A stretch of DNA of 64,000 bases, from contig OZ241867.1 in assembly GCA_965203175.1 (NCBI GenBank), forward strand, positions 5,600,001-5,664,000, in the 5' to 3' direction. The notes under the pieces were generated by a model. That model was not told where the DNA came from, searched no databases, and worked only from the letters and a program-made list of their open reading frames with translations. This stretch comes from Candidatus Latescibacterota bacterium (GTDB lineage: Bacteria; Latescibacterota; UBA2968; UBA8231). Made by a program: the position numbers and the translations under genes. Every line of letters starts with the position of its first letter. Positions within the stretch are counted from its first letter, which is position 1. Shown one piece after another: positions 27,201 to 36,667 of the stretch.

Positions 27201-29366
27201 ATGCTAGCGATCGTCCTCATCCTCTTCACGCTTTACCCAGCGGCTTCCCAAGCCCAGCCATCCGCTTCCGAGCGCATGGTCGCCCGCCTGCAACAAATCG
27301 CCAGCGAAGTCCGCGCCCAAGTCCCCACCAACCTCAACACCCTGAACATGAACGCCGCCAGCGCCGCTTACTTGCGCGAGCAGCTAGCCAAAGCGCAAAG
27401 CCGCCAGCGCAAACAGGCGCTGCGCCTCGAATTGGCCATCCAGCTTCTGCGCGCCGGCCAGACGCGCGAGGCCATCGCCGAACTGCATATCCTACAAGCG
27501 CAAGACCTGCCTTCCGACCTCCATGTACGAGTCCGCGACCGGCTGAGCATCGCCTACTTGCGCCTCGGCGAACAGGAAAACTGCCTGCTCCACCACACCA
27601 TCGCCTCCTGTCTGTTGCCCATCCAAGGCGAGGGAATCCACACCCTGCAAGAAGGCTCACAGACCGCCATCGAACAGTACACAGCGGCCCTGCACGAGAA
27701 TCCGGACGACCTGAGCGCCCGCTGGTTGCTCAATATCGCCTATATGACCCTCGGCCAGTACCCCCACGCCGTCCCGCCCGAGTGGCTCGTACCCCCGGAT
27801 TGCTTCGCCGACTCCTCCACTATCGGGAGCTTTGCGGACCGAGCACCGGGCCTAGGCTTGGATGTAGTCGCTCTATCCGGCGGCAGCATCGTCGATGATT
27901 TCGACAACGACGGCTATCTCGACGTCGTCGCCTCTTCTTGGGGCCTAGACGACCAGCTTCGCTACTTCCGCAACCAAGGTGACGGCACCTTTGCCGAGCG
28001 CACCGAGCAAGCCGGACTCACCGGCCAAGTCGGCGGCCTCAACATCTGCCAAGCCGACTACGACAACGACGGCAACCGCGACCTCCTCGTGCTGCGCGGG
28101 GCTTGGCTCGCCGACTTGGGCCACCACCCCAACTCCCTGCTGCGCAACAGCGGCGGCACCTTCGCCGATGCGACCGAAGCGGCCGGCCTCCTCGCCTTTC
28201 ATCCCACCCACTCGGCGGCCTGGAGCGACTACGACAACGACGGCGACCTCGACCTCTACGTCGGCAACGAGTCCGATGCCTGGGAGCCGCACCCCTGCCA
28301 ACTCTACCAGAACCAAGGCGACGGCACCTTCGCCGATGTCGCACCCGAACTGAGCATCGACAATATCGGCTTTGTCAAAGGCGTAACTTGGGGCGACTAC
28401 GACGACGACGGCGATCCCGACCTCTATCTCTCCCGCCTCGACCAAGACAACGTCCTCTATCGCAACGAAGGACCACGGGAACCGTTTGCCGACGCGACCG
28501 CAGCGGCTGGCGTCGCCGAGCCGCAGGGATCGTTCCCCACTTGGTTTTGGGACTACGACAACGACGGCGACCTCGACCTCTTCGCCGCCGGCTACCACAG
28601 CGAAAACCCCGATGACATCGCCGCGGTCTATCTAGGTCAGCCCTCGTCCGCAGCAAGGCCCCGCTTCTACCAGAACCGGGGCGATGGCACCTTCGCCGAT
28701 ATAACGGCACAGGTCGGCATGGACGGAATTATCCTAGCCATGGGGGCCAATTTCGGCGACCTCGACAACGACGGCTTCCTCGACTGCTATATCGGCACCG
28801 GCAACCCCGACCTGCGCTCATTGCTCCCCAACCGCATGATGCGCAACGTCGGCGGACAGCGCTTTGCGGAGGCGACCTTCTCCGGCGGCTTCGGCCACAT
28901 CCAAAAAGGCCACGGGGTCTCCTTTGCCGACATCGACAACGACGGCGACCAAGACATCTACATCGTCTTAGGCGGAGCCTATGACGGCGACTTCTACCAG
29001 AATGTCCTGTTTGAAAATCCCGGCCACGGCCATCGCTGGCTCACCCTCCGCCTCGAAGGCGTCCAATCCAACAGAGACGCCTTGGGCACCCGCATCCAAG
29101 CGCGCATCCGCGAAAATGGCCTCATCCGCGACATCTACGCCACCGTCGGCTCGGGCGGCAGCTTCGGCGCGTCGAGCCTGCAACAAGAGATCGGTTTAGG
29201 CCGCGCCGATACGCTTCTTTTTGTCGAAGTTACCTGGCCGACAACGGGCCAAAAACAGCGCTTCTCCAACCTCGCCATGGACCAGATCGTCCATATCCGC
29301 GAAGGGGACGCCGCGCCCATCCCAATCCACCTCAACCGCTTCTCTTTCTCCTCCTCCGCCCATTAA
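27201..29366 (+). CDS. CRTAC1-like FG-GAP/VCBS repeat protein with ASPIC/UnbV C-terminus
   Basis: Signal peptide, helical N-terminal region, repeated DYDNDGDLDL, C-terminal WLTLRLEG..SNRDALG...IGLG...VTWP. Confidence 0.9.
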   Translation: MLAIVLILFTLYPAASQAQPSASERMVARLQQIASEVRAQVPTNLNTLNMNAASAAYLREQLAKAQSRQRKQALRLELAIQLLRAGQTREAIAELHILQAQDLPSDLHVRVRDRLSIAYLRLGEQENCLLHHTIASCLLPIQGEGIHTLQEGSQTAIEQYTAALHENPDDLSARWLLNIAYMTLGQYPHAVPPEWLVPPDCFADSSTIGSFADRAPGLGLDVVALSGGSIVDDFDNDGYLDVVASSWGLDDQLRYFRNQGDGTFAERTEQAGLTGQVGGLNICQADYDNDGNRDLLVLRGAWLADLGHHPNSLLRNSGGTFADATEAAGLLAFHPTHSAAWSDYDNDGDLDLYVGNESDAWEPHPCQLYQNQGDGTFADVAPELSIDNIGFVKGVTWGDYDDDGDPDLYLSRLDQDNVLYRNEGPREPFADATAAAGVAEPQGSFPTWFWDYDNDGDLDLFAAGYHSENPDDIAAVYLGQPSSAARPRFYQNRGDGTFADITAQVGMDGIILAMGANFGDLDNDGFLDCYIGTGNPDLRSLLPNRMMRNVGGQRFAEATFSGGFGHIQKGHGVSFADIDNDGDQDIYIVLGGAYDGDFYQNVLFENPGHGHRWLTLRLEGVQSNRDALGTRIQARIRENGLIRDIYATVGSGGSFGASSLQQEIGLGRADTLLFVEVTWPTTGQKQRFSNLAMDQIVHIREGDAAPIPIHLNRFSFSSSAH

Positions 29367-29370
29367 GGTC

Positions 29371-31146
29371 TTAATGCCCCTCGATGGACCGAATCGCCGC
29401 TTCCACCGTCCGCCTTCCCTCGCTCCGCACCCCAACCTCGGCATACGCAGCGCGCGCCTGCTGCAGCGCCTCTAGCGCCCGTGCCCGCTCGTCCTTCTTG
29501 CGGTACACCAACCCGATATTGCCCAAGCTCTGTGCCTCCCCCTGCCGGTGCCCGATCAACTGAAAAACGTGCAGGGCATCGCCAAATGCCTTGAGCGCCT
29601 CGTCCAAGCGTCCCTGCTCAAAGTAGATGTTGCCGATATTGCTCAGTTGCGCGGCCTCGCCTTGGCGGTTGCCCGCCTGCGTGAAGACGTGCAGGGCGTT
29701 CTCAAAGGAGGCGAGCGCCTCGTCGATTTTGCTCTGGCGGAAGTAGAGGTGACCGATGTAGTCAAGTTGGGTCGCGCCCTCGGCATAGAGATCGAATTCG
29801 CGGTACAGCGATAGCGCCACACGATGAGCTTTTATCGCCTCGTCCAGACGACCCTGCTTTTGCAGCACTTGACCGATCTTACTCGACTGGACGGCCCGAC
29901 CGCGCGGATGGCCATGGGCGACGTAGATCTCCAGCGACGCTTCAAAGGCGGACAGCGCCAAATCCAAGCGACCCTGATACAGATGCACATCACCGATGTG
30001 GTCCAATGCCTGCGCCCGCTTGCCCGGGTGGCTATCGTAGCGCCGGTAGAGCGCAAGCCCCGACTGGTACGCGGACAGCGCCGAATCCAAACGGCCCTGC
30101 TGGAAAAAAATGCGCGCCATGTGGTCGCGCGTCTCGGCTTGGCTATCTACTTTTCCTTGCGCCTGATGTATAGAAAGCGCCTCGCGGTAGGCGACCAACG
30201 CCGCCTCTAGATCGTCCTGCTGCTGGTAGATTTGTCCGATTCGCACTAGCTGAGTTGCGCGAGCCGCATCGTCGGCTAGGCGCTCGAGGACGGCCAGTCC
30301 TGCGGAAAAGTAAAAATGCGCCGAATCGGGCCTGTCCTCGTCTAAGTGGATATTGCCGATATTCGTCAGGCTGCCAGCTTGCCCGCGCAAATACCCCTCG
30401 TTCCGGTAGAGTACGAGCGCCTCTGTGAAGGTTGTCAGTGCCGAATCCGCCGCGCCCTGGACGAAGTAAACCGTGCCGATGCGGTCGAGATCCCGCGCCA
30501 GCCCGAGGTGGTCGCCGATCCGCCGATGTCCATCCCGCGCCTGTTTTAGAAAACCTAGCGCCTGCTCTGGATCGCCCTGCATGAAATAGGCCGCGCCTAA
30601 ATCGCCTAGCGCTTGGGCCTCGCCAGCGGCAAAGCCGTTCTGCCGGTGCAGCGCCACCGCACCTTGGTAGGACACCAGCGCCGAGTCGAGACGCCCTAGG
30701 CGCTGATGAGCTTGGCCCAGATTGCCCAGCAAAGCGGCTCGGACCTCTGTAGTCGCCTTAGAAAGTTCCAGTCCCTTTGCCAACGCCTCCCCAGCCTTTT
30801 CATACTCGCCATCGCACAGCAGCGCAACCCCCGCATTGAGCCAGACTGCCGGAGACGGTCGCCGCGCTGCGGCCTGTAAATAGCTCGCAGCCGCAGCACC
30901 GCAGCGACCCGCGCTGAGGTGGTCTTCACCCGCGTCAAATTGCGCCCGTGCCGCAACCGCCCCTTTATCCTCTTCCGCAAAATCAACCCGCGCCGCCTTC
31001 AGCACCACCAATCCATGCGGGCTCTCGTAGAGAACGAGCGGCGCTTCTTGGGCGGATTCGCAGGACGCGAACAACGCAAATAGCAGTAGAACGCGATAGA
31101 TAACTGTAGCAGTAGTTCGTCGGGAATCCCGATTTGATGAAGACAC
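29371..31146 (-). CDS. TPR-repeat (lipo)protein
   Basis: FASC lipobox-like motif and ~40-aa repeats A..L..IG.IY..QG.LD.AL. Confidence 0.9.
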   Translation of the reverse strand: MSSSNRDSRRTTATVIYRVLLLFALFASCESAQEAPLVLYESPHGLVVLKAARVDFAEEDKGAVAARAQFDAGEDHLSAGRCGAAAASYLQAAARRPSPAVWLNAGVALLCDGEYEKAGEALAKGLELSKATTEVRAALLGNLGQAHQRLGRLDSALVSYQGAVALHRQNGFAAGEAQALGDLGAAYFMQGDPEQALGFLKQARDGHRRIGDHLGLARDLDRIGTVYFVQGAADSALTTFTEALVLYRNEGYLRGQAGSLTNIGNIHLDEDRPDSAHFYFSAGLAVLERLADDAARATQLVRIGQIYQQQDDLEAALVAYREALSIHQAQGKVDSQAETRDHMARIFFQQGRLDSALSAYQSGLALYRRYDSHPGKRAQALDHIGDVHLYQGRLDLALSAFEASLEIYVAHGHPRGRAVQSSKIGQVLQKQGRLDEAIKAHRVALSLYREFDLYAEGATQLDYIGHLYFRQSKIDEALASFENALHVFTQAGNRQGEAAQLSNIGNIYFEQGRLDEALKAFGDALHVFQLIGHRQGEAQSLGNIGLVYRKKDERARALEALQQARAAYAEVGVRSEGRRTVEAAIRSIEGH

Positions 31147-31162
31147 GGCTAGCCGCGTCTTC

Positions 31163-31909
31163 CTACTCGGCTTCGTCTTGCAGACTCAATACCGGCCGGC
31201 GGTCGAAATGCACCACCCCAAAGCGCTCGGGCGCGTGGAATTGCGGCTTGGGCGTCAGGGTATTAGACCAAGTAATGTACTGTAGATTGACCACGCCACC
31301 CGTGCGGTACAGGTTGAGACGCCACACATCGCCGGCGGTCGGGGGCAGGTGGGGGGCGTATGGGGCGAAGACGGCAAAGGGAAGGGCGATTTCAGTGGTC
31401 CAGAGCGTATCCTTATCCGTCTCTTGGTTGAGTGTGCCTTGGATGTCGATGGCCACCTGCACGCCCTCGCCGTTCCATGACGACGAACGCTCGGCGTGCG
31501 GCGAGCGGTCCAGAATCGTGCCCAAGGCGTTGAATTCAAAATTGAAATAACTGGTGACTTGGCTGGTGTCTGGGGCGATAAATACCTCGACGCAATCGTC
31601 GCGCGACACCGGGCTATCGCGCTCGGTCAGGGTAGCCGAAATGTGCGGGTCGTGCGCGGTGAAGGCGACGTACAGATGCACGTCGTCCCACAGCAAGCGG
31701 GCCTCGGTGCGATCCTTGGCCCCTTCCGTCCACCAAGGAAAGACGAACTGATCAATGACTTGGGCAGCCTCCCAAGAAGGCTCGTCGAGGTGGCCGTCCA
31801 CGGCGATAGGCCCGGCGGCGCGGAGGATGGTGTGGTGCGGCAGGGCATCCTCCGCGGGAGCGGCGGCGGAGGTTAGGACTAGCCAGAAAGTGGCGATGAA
31901 ATAGCGCAT
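31163..31909 (-). CDS. CBM9-like carbohydrate-binding exported protein
   Basis: Signal peptide, VDGHLDEPSW, LLWDD..LYVAF, DDCVEVFI, WRLNLYR, FHAPERFG. Confidence 0.88.
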   Translation of the reverse strand: MRYFIATFWLVLTSAAAPAEDALPHHTILRAAGPIAVDGHLDEPSWEAAQVIDQFVFPWWTEGAKDRTEARLLWDDVHLYVAFTAHDPHISATLTERDSPVSRDDCVEVFIAPDTSQVTSYFNFEFNALGTILDRSPHAERSSSWNGEGVQVAIDIQGTLNQETDKDTLWTTEIALPFAVFAPYAPHLPPTAGDVWRLNLYRTGGVVNLQYITWSNTLTPKPQFHAPERFGVVHFDRRPVLSLQDEAE

Positions 31910-32007
31910 GAGAGTTTCCTATCAATCACTTCAAAAGCTGCTCAGATTTCCTTCTCCTCTTCGATTTTGTGCGGCTCGTTGGACTCGAATAGGACGCGCA
32001 GGGCCGT

Positions 32008-32036
32008 AATATACCTTACCGCTAGCAACATGCCAA
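32008..32036 (-). promoter_or_regulatory. Putative sigma70 promoter of the CBM9-TPR unit
   Basis: TTGGCA, 17 bp, TATATT. Confidence 0.55.
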
Positions 32037-32104
32037 AGAAACATCTACTCCGTTCCGCTGCTGCTGGCGTAAAAAGCCCGTTCTCAAACCGCATGGAGAA
32101 ATAC

Positions 32105-32133
32105 TTGCAACCGCATTTGCCTTTTCTTACCGT
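32105..32133 (+). promoter_or_regulatory. Putative sigma70 promoter of the large operon
   Basis: TTGCAA, 17 bp, TACCGT. Confidence 0.4.
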
Positions 32134-32190
32134 TTGGACTAATCCGCAAAATTTGGTGTGTTGGCTTGATCTTTCTCGTTGAGAGGTACT

Positions 32191-35100
32191 ATGACACCTC
32201 TGCTCATCGTAGGGACTTTGCTGGGGCTAGTAGTAGGCTCGTACTTTGTACCGACCCCGGACGAAATACAAGCTTCTTTCAAGCAGGCGCAGAAATTCTA
32301 CGCCGCCGAGGACTACGAGCAAGCCATCGCAACCTACGAGCGCATCAATGCCATTGAAAGCCCGCTGCTCTACACGGCGGAGATTGAGGTCGCGGTCGGC
32401 GAGGTTACGGCCCCAATCAAAGAAATCGCCCTCTACCAAACGGGTAATAGCTACTTCAAGCGCGCCCAAGAATCCCAGCGCCGCGCCGCCTGGGAGCGCG
32501 ACCCCGAACGCCAGCGCCAACTCGCCGAACGGACCGCTACCGACTTCGTAGAAGCGGCCGCCTACTTCCGCAAGACCGAAGCCCAGACTACCTCCCCGCA
32601 GATGCGGGAACTGGCCCGCAACCGGCTGATCAACTGCCTCTATGAAAGCGGCGATTACCAGCGCACCATAGAAGAAGGCCGAGCTTTTCTGCAGAAATAT
32701 CCCGCCAGCCAATACCTCGACAACGCCCTCTACAATATCGGCTGGGCCCATTTTGAATTGGGCCAGTACGGGGAAAGCATCACCACCTTTGAAGAATTGG
32801 TACAGCACGCTCCCAAAGGGTACCGCGCAGACCGGGCGCTTTTCCAAATCGGCGAAGCCTACTTTCTGCAGCAGCACTACGATCAGGCCACTTCCTGGTA
32901 CCAAGAGGTAGTAACCCGCCAAGACATCGACCACCTCAGCGAGCGCGACCTACTGAAGATGCGGCGCGAAAAAATAGCCGGCCTAGTGGACGAGACCGCG
33001 CTAGAACTGGCGGCCAAAGCCCAGATCAAAGTAGGCGATTGTCGCGCCCAAAGTGGGGATTTTGCCGCTGCCGCTGCCGCCTATAGCAAGGTTATAACCG
33101 CCTTCGCCCAGGAACAAAAACTGGTGGCCGAAGCCTACATCCGCCTAGCCGATATGTACACCCAAGGCGGCGATGACCAAGCAGCAGTGCGCACCTACCG
33201 CGAGGCCATCGACGGTAGCCGCAACCGCATTTTTCAGGCCAGCATGCAATCCCTGCTGGCCGAACACTATTACGGCATTGGCAACTATCAGCACGCCATC
33301 GCCGAATACCAACTCTACCTAGATGCGTACGGGGATGTAGCCAAAGCCGCTGGTCTGGCACCGCCCTGGGCCCTTTATAAGATCGGACGAGCCCATTACG
33401 AGCGGGCCGAGGTTCAGCGCCAAGCTGCGAACGACGATGCCCGCTTGACCTACGCACAGGCGATCGCCGCTTACGAACGCATTGCCGCCGACTACCCCAG
33501 CAGCGAACTAGTCCTAGCGGCTACCCCGTTTAATATCGCCCTGTGCAACCAGATGATTGGTGCCTTGGGCAGTGCCGAGCACACGGCCCAGGCACTGGAG
33601 CTCTACCAAGAGATCGTCGCCGCCGACCAAGACCCAGACTACGTGCGCAGCGCTCTTTTCCAACTGGGCCGCATCCACTACCAGCAAGAAGACTTCAAGC
33701 AGGCCATCGCCGCTTACGAGTCCATTCTGCAAGAATACTCCGAGGCTCCGCAGCGCCACGGGGCCCGTTTTGAACTAGCTCTGTGCTACCGAGATCTGGG
33801 CCAGCCCGGCAAGGCAGTAGAGCTATTCCGACAGCTTGATCGCACTTCAAACTTGTTCCCCAAGGCCATGCTCGAAGCGAGCAACCTGCTGGCTGCGGCG
33901 GGCGATTTCTCGGGGGCGCTAGAGGCGCTAGCGGCGGGCTTAGAGGCCAGTACAGATAAAAACGAACAGGCCCGTCTCCACTACATGAAAGGGCGCACCC
34001 TGATCGAAACGGAGACATTTGCCGCCGCAGTGGAGGCATTGGGACGCACCATTGAACTAGCCGACGACGACGAGGTGCGCCTAGGTGCCCTCTACGGCCG
34101 CGGCGTAAGCCTGCTCAAATTAAAACGCTACCAAGAGGCAACAGCCGACCTGAAGATGCTGCTGCACAGCGACAACGAGGAGTTGGCAAGGGCGGCCCAG
34201 CGCATGCTTGGTCTGGCCCATCTCGAATTAGGTCATCAGGAAGAAGCCATCGAGGACTACCAAGCCCTAGTAGCGGCAGCAACCGATTCACTCGAACGCG
34301 CCGAACACCTAGTGGTGCTGGCCGAACTTCACTACAACCTAGAGGAATTCGATCAAGTCGAGGCCCTATGCCAGCGGATTCTCTCCTTGGACTTGCCCGC
34401 CGTGCGCGGAGAGCAACCCTATTCCCTCCAAGAGAAAGCCTACTTCCTAATGGGCGACGCCCACGGCTCACGGGGCGACACCCAAGCGCTAATCAACACC
34501 TACCAAAAGGCACTGTCCCACTACCCAGATTCCTATTATTCGGCCGATATGCGCTTTGCTGTAGGACAAACCCTATTCGAGCGGGAAGATCTCGCGGGAA
34601 CCGTGCGAGTGCTCGAAACTTATCTGCAGAAGACGCCTAATCATCGCAACCGCCCCTATGCCCTCTACTATCTGGGATACGCCTATTTTAACCAGACTCA
34701 GTTCGAGCAGGCCGCGGCTGCCTTTGCCGACCTAGCCAGCGCCTATCCCCAAAGCGAACTGGCACCCGATGCACTGTTCCGGGCCGGAGAAGCCCATTAC
34801 AACTTGGGCCAATTCGAGACGGCGCAAGGGCACTACCAGCAATTGCTCGAAATGCACCCGCGATCGGATCTGGCCGACGATGCCCTCTACAATCTGGCCT
34901 GGTCCCATCTCAATATGGAACGGACGTCCCAAGCCATCGCCGCCTTCCAAAGCGTGGTTTCCGACTACCCCGGCAGCGCTCTGGCGGCCAATGCCCAGTT
35001 CACCATCGGCGACTTTTACTACAACGAGAAGGAATACGACAACGCCCTGCAGGCCTACCAAGAAGTCATCCGCCGCTTTCCCAGCAGTCCGGTGGCGCAA

Positions 35101-35436
35101 AAGGTTCCCGAATTAATAGATGACTTGCGCGAAGTAGTGGCCTACCTGCGCTACGCCGAAGTCGAGGAGATCTTTGCCCAAGCCCTTGAAGAGCAAGACC
35201 CGGCCCAATTCCGCCGGGCGGCAGCCGGCTTTGCGGAAATCGCGCGCGACTATCCCGGCACCGAAAGCGAGATCGGAGCACTGAGCAACATGGGGGTCTG
35301 CTACGAGTCATTGGGGCAGTGGAAGGACGCAGTGCAGGTTTACGATCAGGTTCTTGAGCGCCTAGCCGACGAACAGGCCGAAGCCCATCGCTTTGCCCGC
35401 ATGCACAAAGAGTGGATCGAAGCCAACCGCTTATAG
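32191..35436 (+). CDS. Giant TPR protein (CpoB/BamD-like repeats), N-terminally anchored
   Basis: Hydrophobic N-terminus and many repeats of type YP.S..A..AL...G..Y. ATG 32191 with SD GAGAGG. Confidence 0.92.
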   Translation: MTPLLIVGTLLGLVVGSYFVPTPDEIQASFKQAQKFYAAEDYEQAIATYERINAIESPLLYTAEIEVAVGEVTAPIKEIALYQTGNSYFKRAQESQRRAAWERDPERQRQLAERTATDFVEAAAYFRKTEAQTTSPQMRELARNRLINCLYESGDYQRTIEEGRAFLQKYPASQYLDNALYNIGWAHFELGQYGESITTFEELVQHAPKGYRADRALFQIGEAYFLQQHYDQATSWYQEVVTRQDIDHLSERDLLKMRREKIAGLVDETALELAAKAQIKVGDCRAQSGDFAAAAAAYSKVITAFAQEQKLVAEAYIRLADMYTQGGDDQAAVRTYREAIDGSRNRIFQASMQSLLAEHYYGIGNYQHAIAEYQLYLDAYGDVAKAAGLAPPWALYKIGRAHYERAEVQRQAANDDARLTYAQAIAAYERIAADYPSSELVLAATPFNIALCNQMIGALGSAEHTAQALELYQEIVAADQDPDYVRSALFQLGRIHYQQEDFKQAIAAYESILQEYSEAPQRHGARFELALCYRDLGQPGKAVELFRQLDRTSNLFPKAMLEASNLLAAAGDFSGALEALAAGLEASTDKNEQARLHYMKGRTLIETETFAAAVEALGRTIELADDDEVRLGALYGRGVSLLKLKRYQEATADLKMLLHSDNEELARAAQRMLGLAHLELGHQEEAIEDYQALVAAATDSLERAEHLVVLAELHYNLEEFDQVEALCQRILSLDLPAVRGEQPYSLQEKAYFLMGDAHGSRGDTQALINTYQKALSHYPDSYYSADMRFAVGQTLFEREDLAGTVRVLETYLQKTPNHRNRPYALYYLGYAYFNQTQFEQAAAAFADLASAYPQSELAPDALFRAGEAHYNLGQFETAQGHYQQLLEMHPRSDLADDALYNLAWSHLNMERTSQAIAAFQSVVSDYPGSALAANAQFTIGDFYYNEKEYDNALQAYQEVIRRFPSSPVAQKVPELIDDLREVVAYLRYAEVEEIFAQALEEQDPAQFRRAAAGFAEIARDYPGTESEIGALSNMGVCYESLGQWKDAVQVYDQVLERLADEQAEAHRFARMHKEWIEANRL

Positions 35437-35443
35437 GAATACC

Positions 35444-36667
35444 ATGGCCACTCAAATCGATGCCAAACGCTTCGCCACACCGACGGACGCACTCCGTTTG
35501 GAGGAATTACTGCGCCGACAGCGCGGAGTGCTCTACCGGGCGCTAGCAGTGGCTATTGTTTTGTTGGCCATACCCGCAATTTACCTAGCGACTAGGGAAG
35601 AAGAAAAAAAAGCGCCCAAACCTCCACTGATGCACCTCGTGGTGCGCAAACCGCGCCTAACCAAAGCCTTTGAGTTTGAGAAACAGCAAATCCCCAAGCG
35701 GCAAATGACCCGCCAAGTGCGGGCGGCCAAGCCGCAAATCACCCGCAAACCCCAGATTCGCCTCCCCGACCTAGTCGGCAAGATCAAGACTTTCCGTTTC
35801 GGCGTTGCCAGCGGTGCTGATCTAGGTTTGGAAGTGGTCCAGCCCGAAGTACAGCGCGTAGCCATCAAAAGCCCCAAAGAGCCGGAGAAGCGCATCAGTA
35901 TGCAGGAAGAATTCCTCGACTTGGAAGCGCTGGATATCGGCCGCTATAAGGGATTGGTGGTCCAGGATCCGGCCGACAAACAGAACATCACAGGCTTCGT
36001 TTACCTAGCCCTAGCCTGGGGCAACGACTTCAAACCATCAACCCAGCGGGCCATCTTCGAGCTGGTTGAAGCAATTAATGGATTTACCCAGATTCGGGCC
36101 GAAGTGGACGACCATCTCTTCCTCGATTCGCGCGCCATCTTCCGGGCACCCTTTGTGTACATTTCCGTCGATCAAGCCTTTGAACCCACCCAGCAGGAGA
36201 TCGCCAATCTAGGCGACTATTTGCGGCAGGGCGGCTTTGTCATGGTCGAAGCCATGGGCGAGTTGGGGCGGGATGCCGCCACTGAGTACACCCCGGCCGA
36301 AGCCTCGCTGCGGGAAATGCTCAAGGCTTCTCTAGGGCGGGATGCGCGCTTCAAGGTCATCCCCAACGATCACCCCATATACTACAGCTTTTACGATTTC
36401 GACGATGGTCCGCCGCCAAAGCGGACTCATGAAAGGCTTGTGCACAGCCGCGACTTTCATCCCGAAGTGCCCTTCTTAGAAGGCATTTTTCTGGGCGAGC
36501 GGCTGGTGGCGATCTTCACGACCAAGGAATATGGACGCGCCTGGGAAAAGGAATTCCGCAACGAGCCACAGCTACAAATGGGCGTCAACCTAGTGGTGTT
36601 CGCCCTGACTCAGCAAGGCTCCATTGCCCAGCAACAGATCGATTTCTACACGGAGCAGAACCGATGA
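35444..36667 (+). CDS. DUF4159-domain protein with TM anchor and Lys/Pro-rich linker
   Basis: TM helix, KKAPKPP..RKPRLTK linker, APFVYI, YLRQGGF, IPNDHPIYYSFYDF, GVNLVVFALTQ. Confidence 0.85.
   Translation: MATQIDAKRFATPTDALRLEELLRRQRGVLYRALAVAIVLLAIPAIYLATREEEKKAPKPPLMHLVVRKPRLTKAFEFEKQQIPKRQMTRQVRAAKPQITRKPQIRLPDLVGKIKTFRFGVASGADLGLEVVQPEVQRVAIKSPKEPEKRISMQEEFLDLEALDIGRYKGLVVQDPADKQNITGFVYLALAWGNDFKPSTQRAIFELVEAINGFTQIRAEVDDHLFLDSRAIFRAPFVYISVDQAFEPTQQEIANLGDYLRQGGFVMVEAMGELGRDAATEYTPAEASLREMLKASLGRDARFKVIPNDHPIYYSFYDFDDGPPPKRTHERLVHSRDFHPEVPFLEGIFLGERLVAIFTTKEYGRAWEKEFRNEPQLQMGVNLVVFALTQQGSIAQQQIDFYTEQNR

Noticed and set aside
27890-28960. Recurrent GACTACGACAACGACGGCGAC motifs as a CRISPR or DNA repeat array
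   Set aside because: They are coding FG-GAP repeats with irregular spacing and synonymous variation. No cas genes are present.
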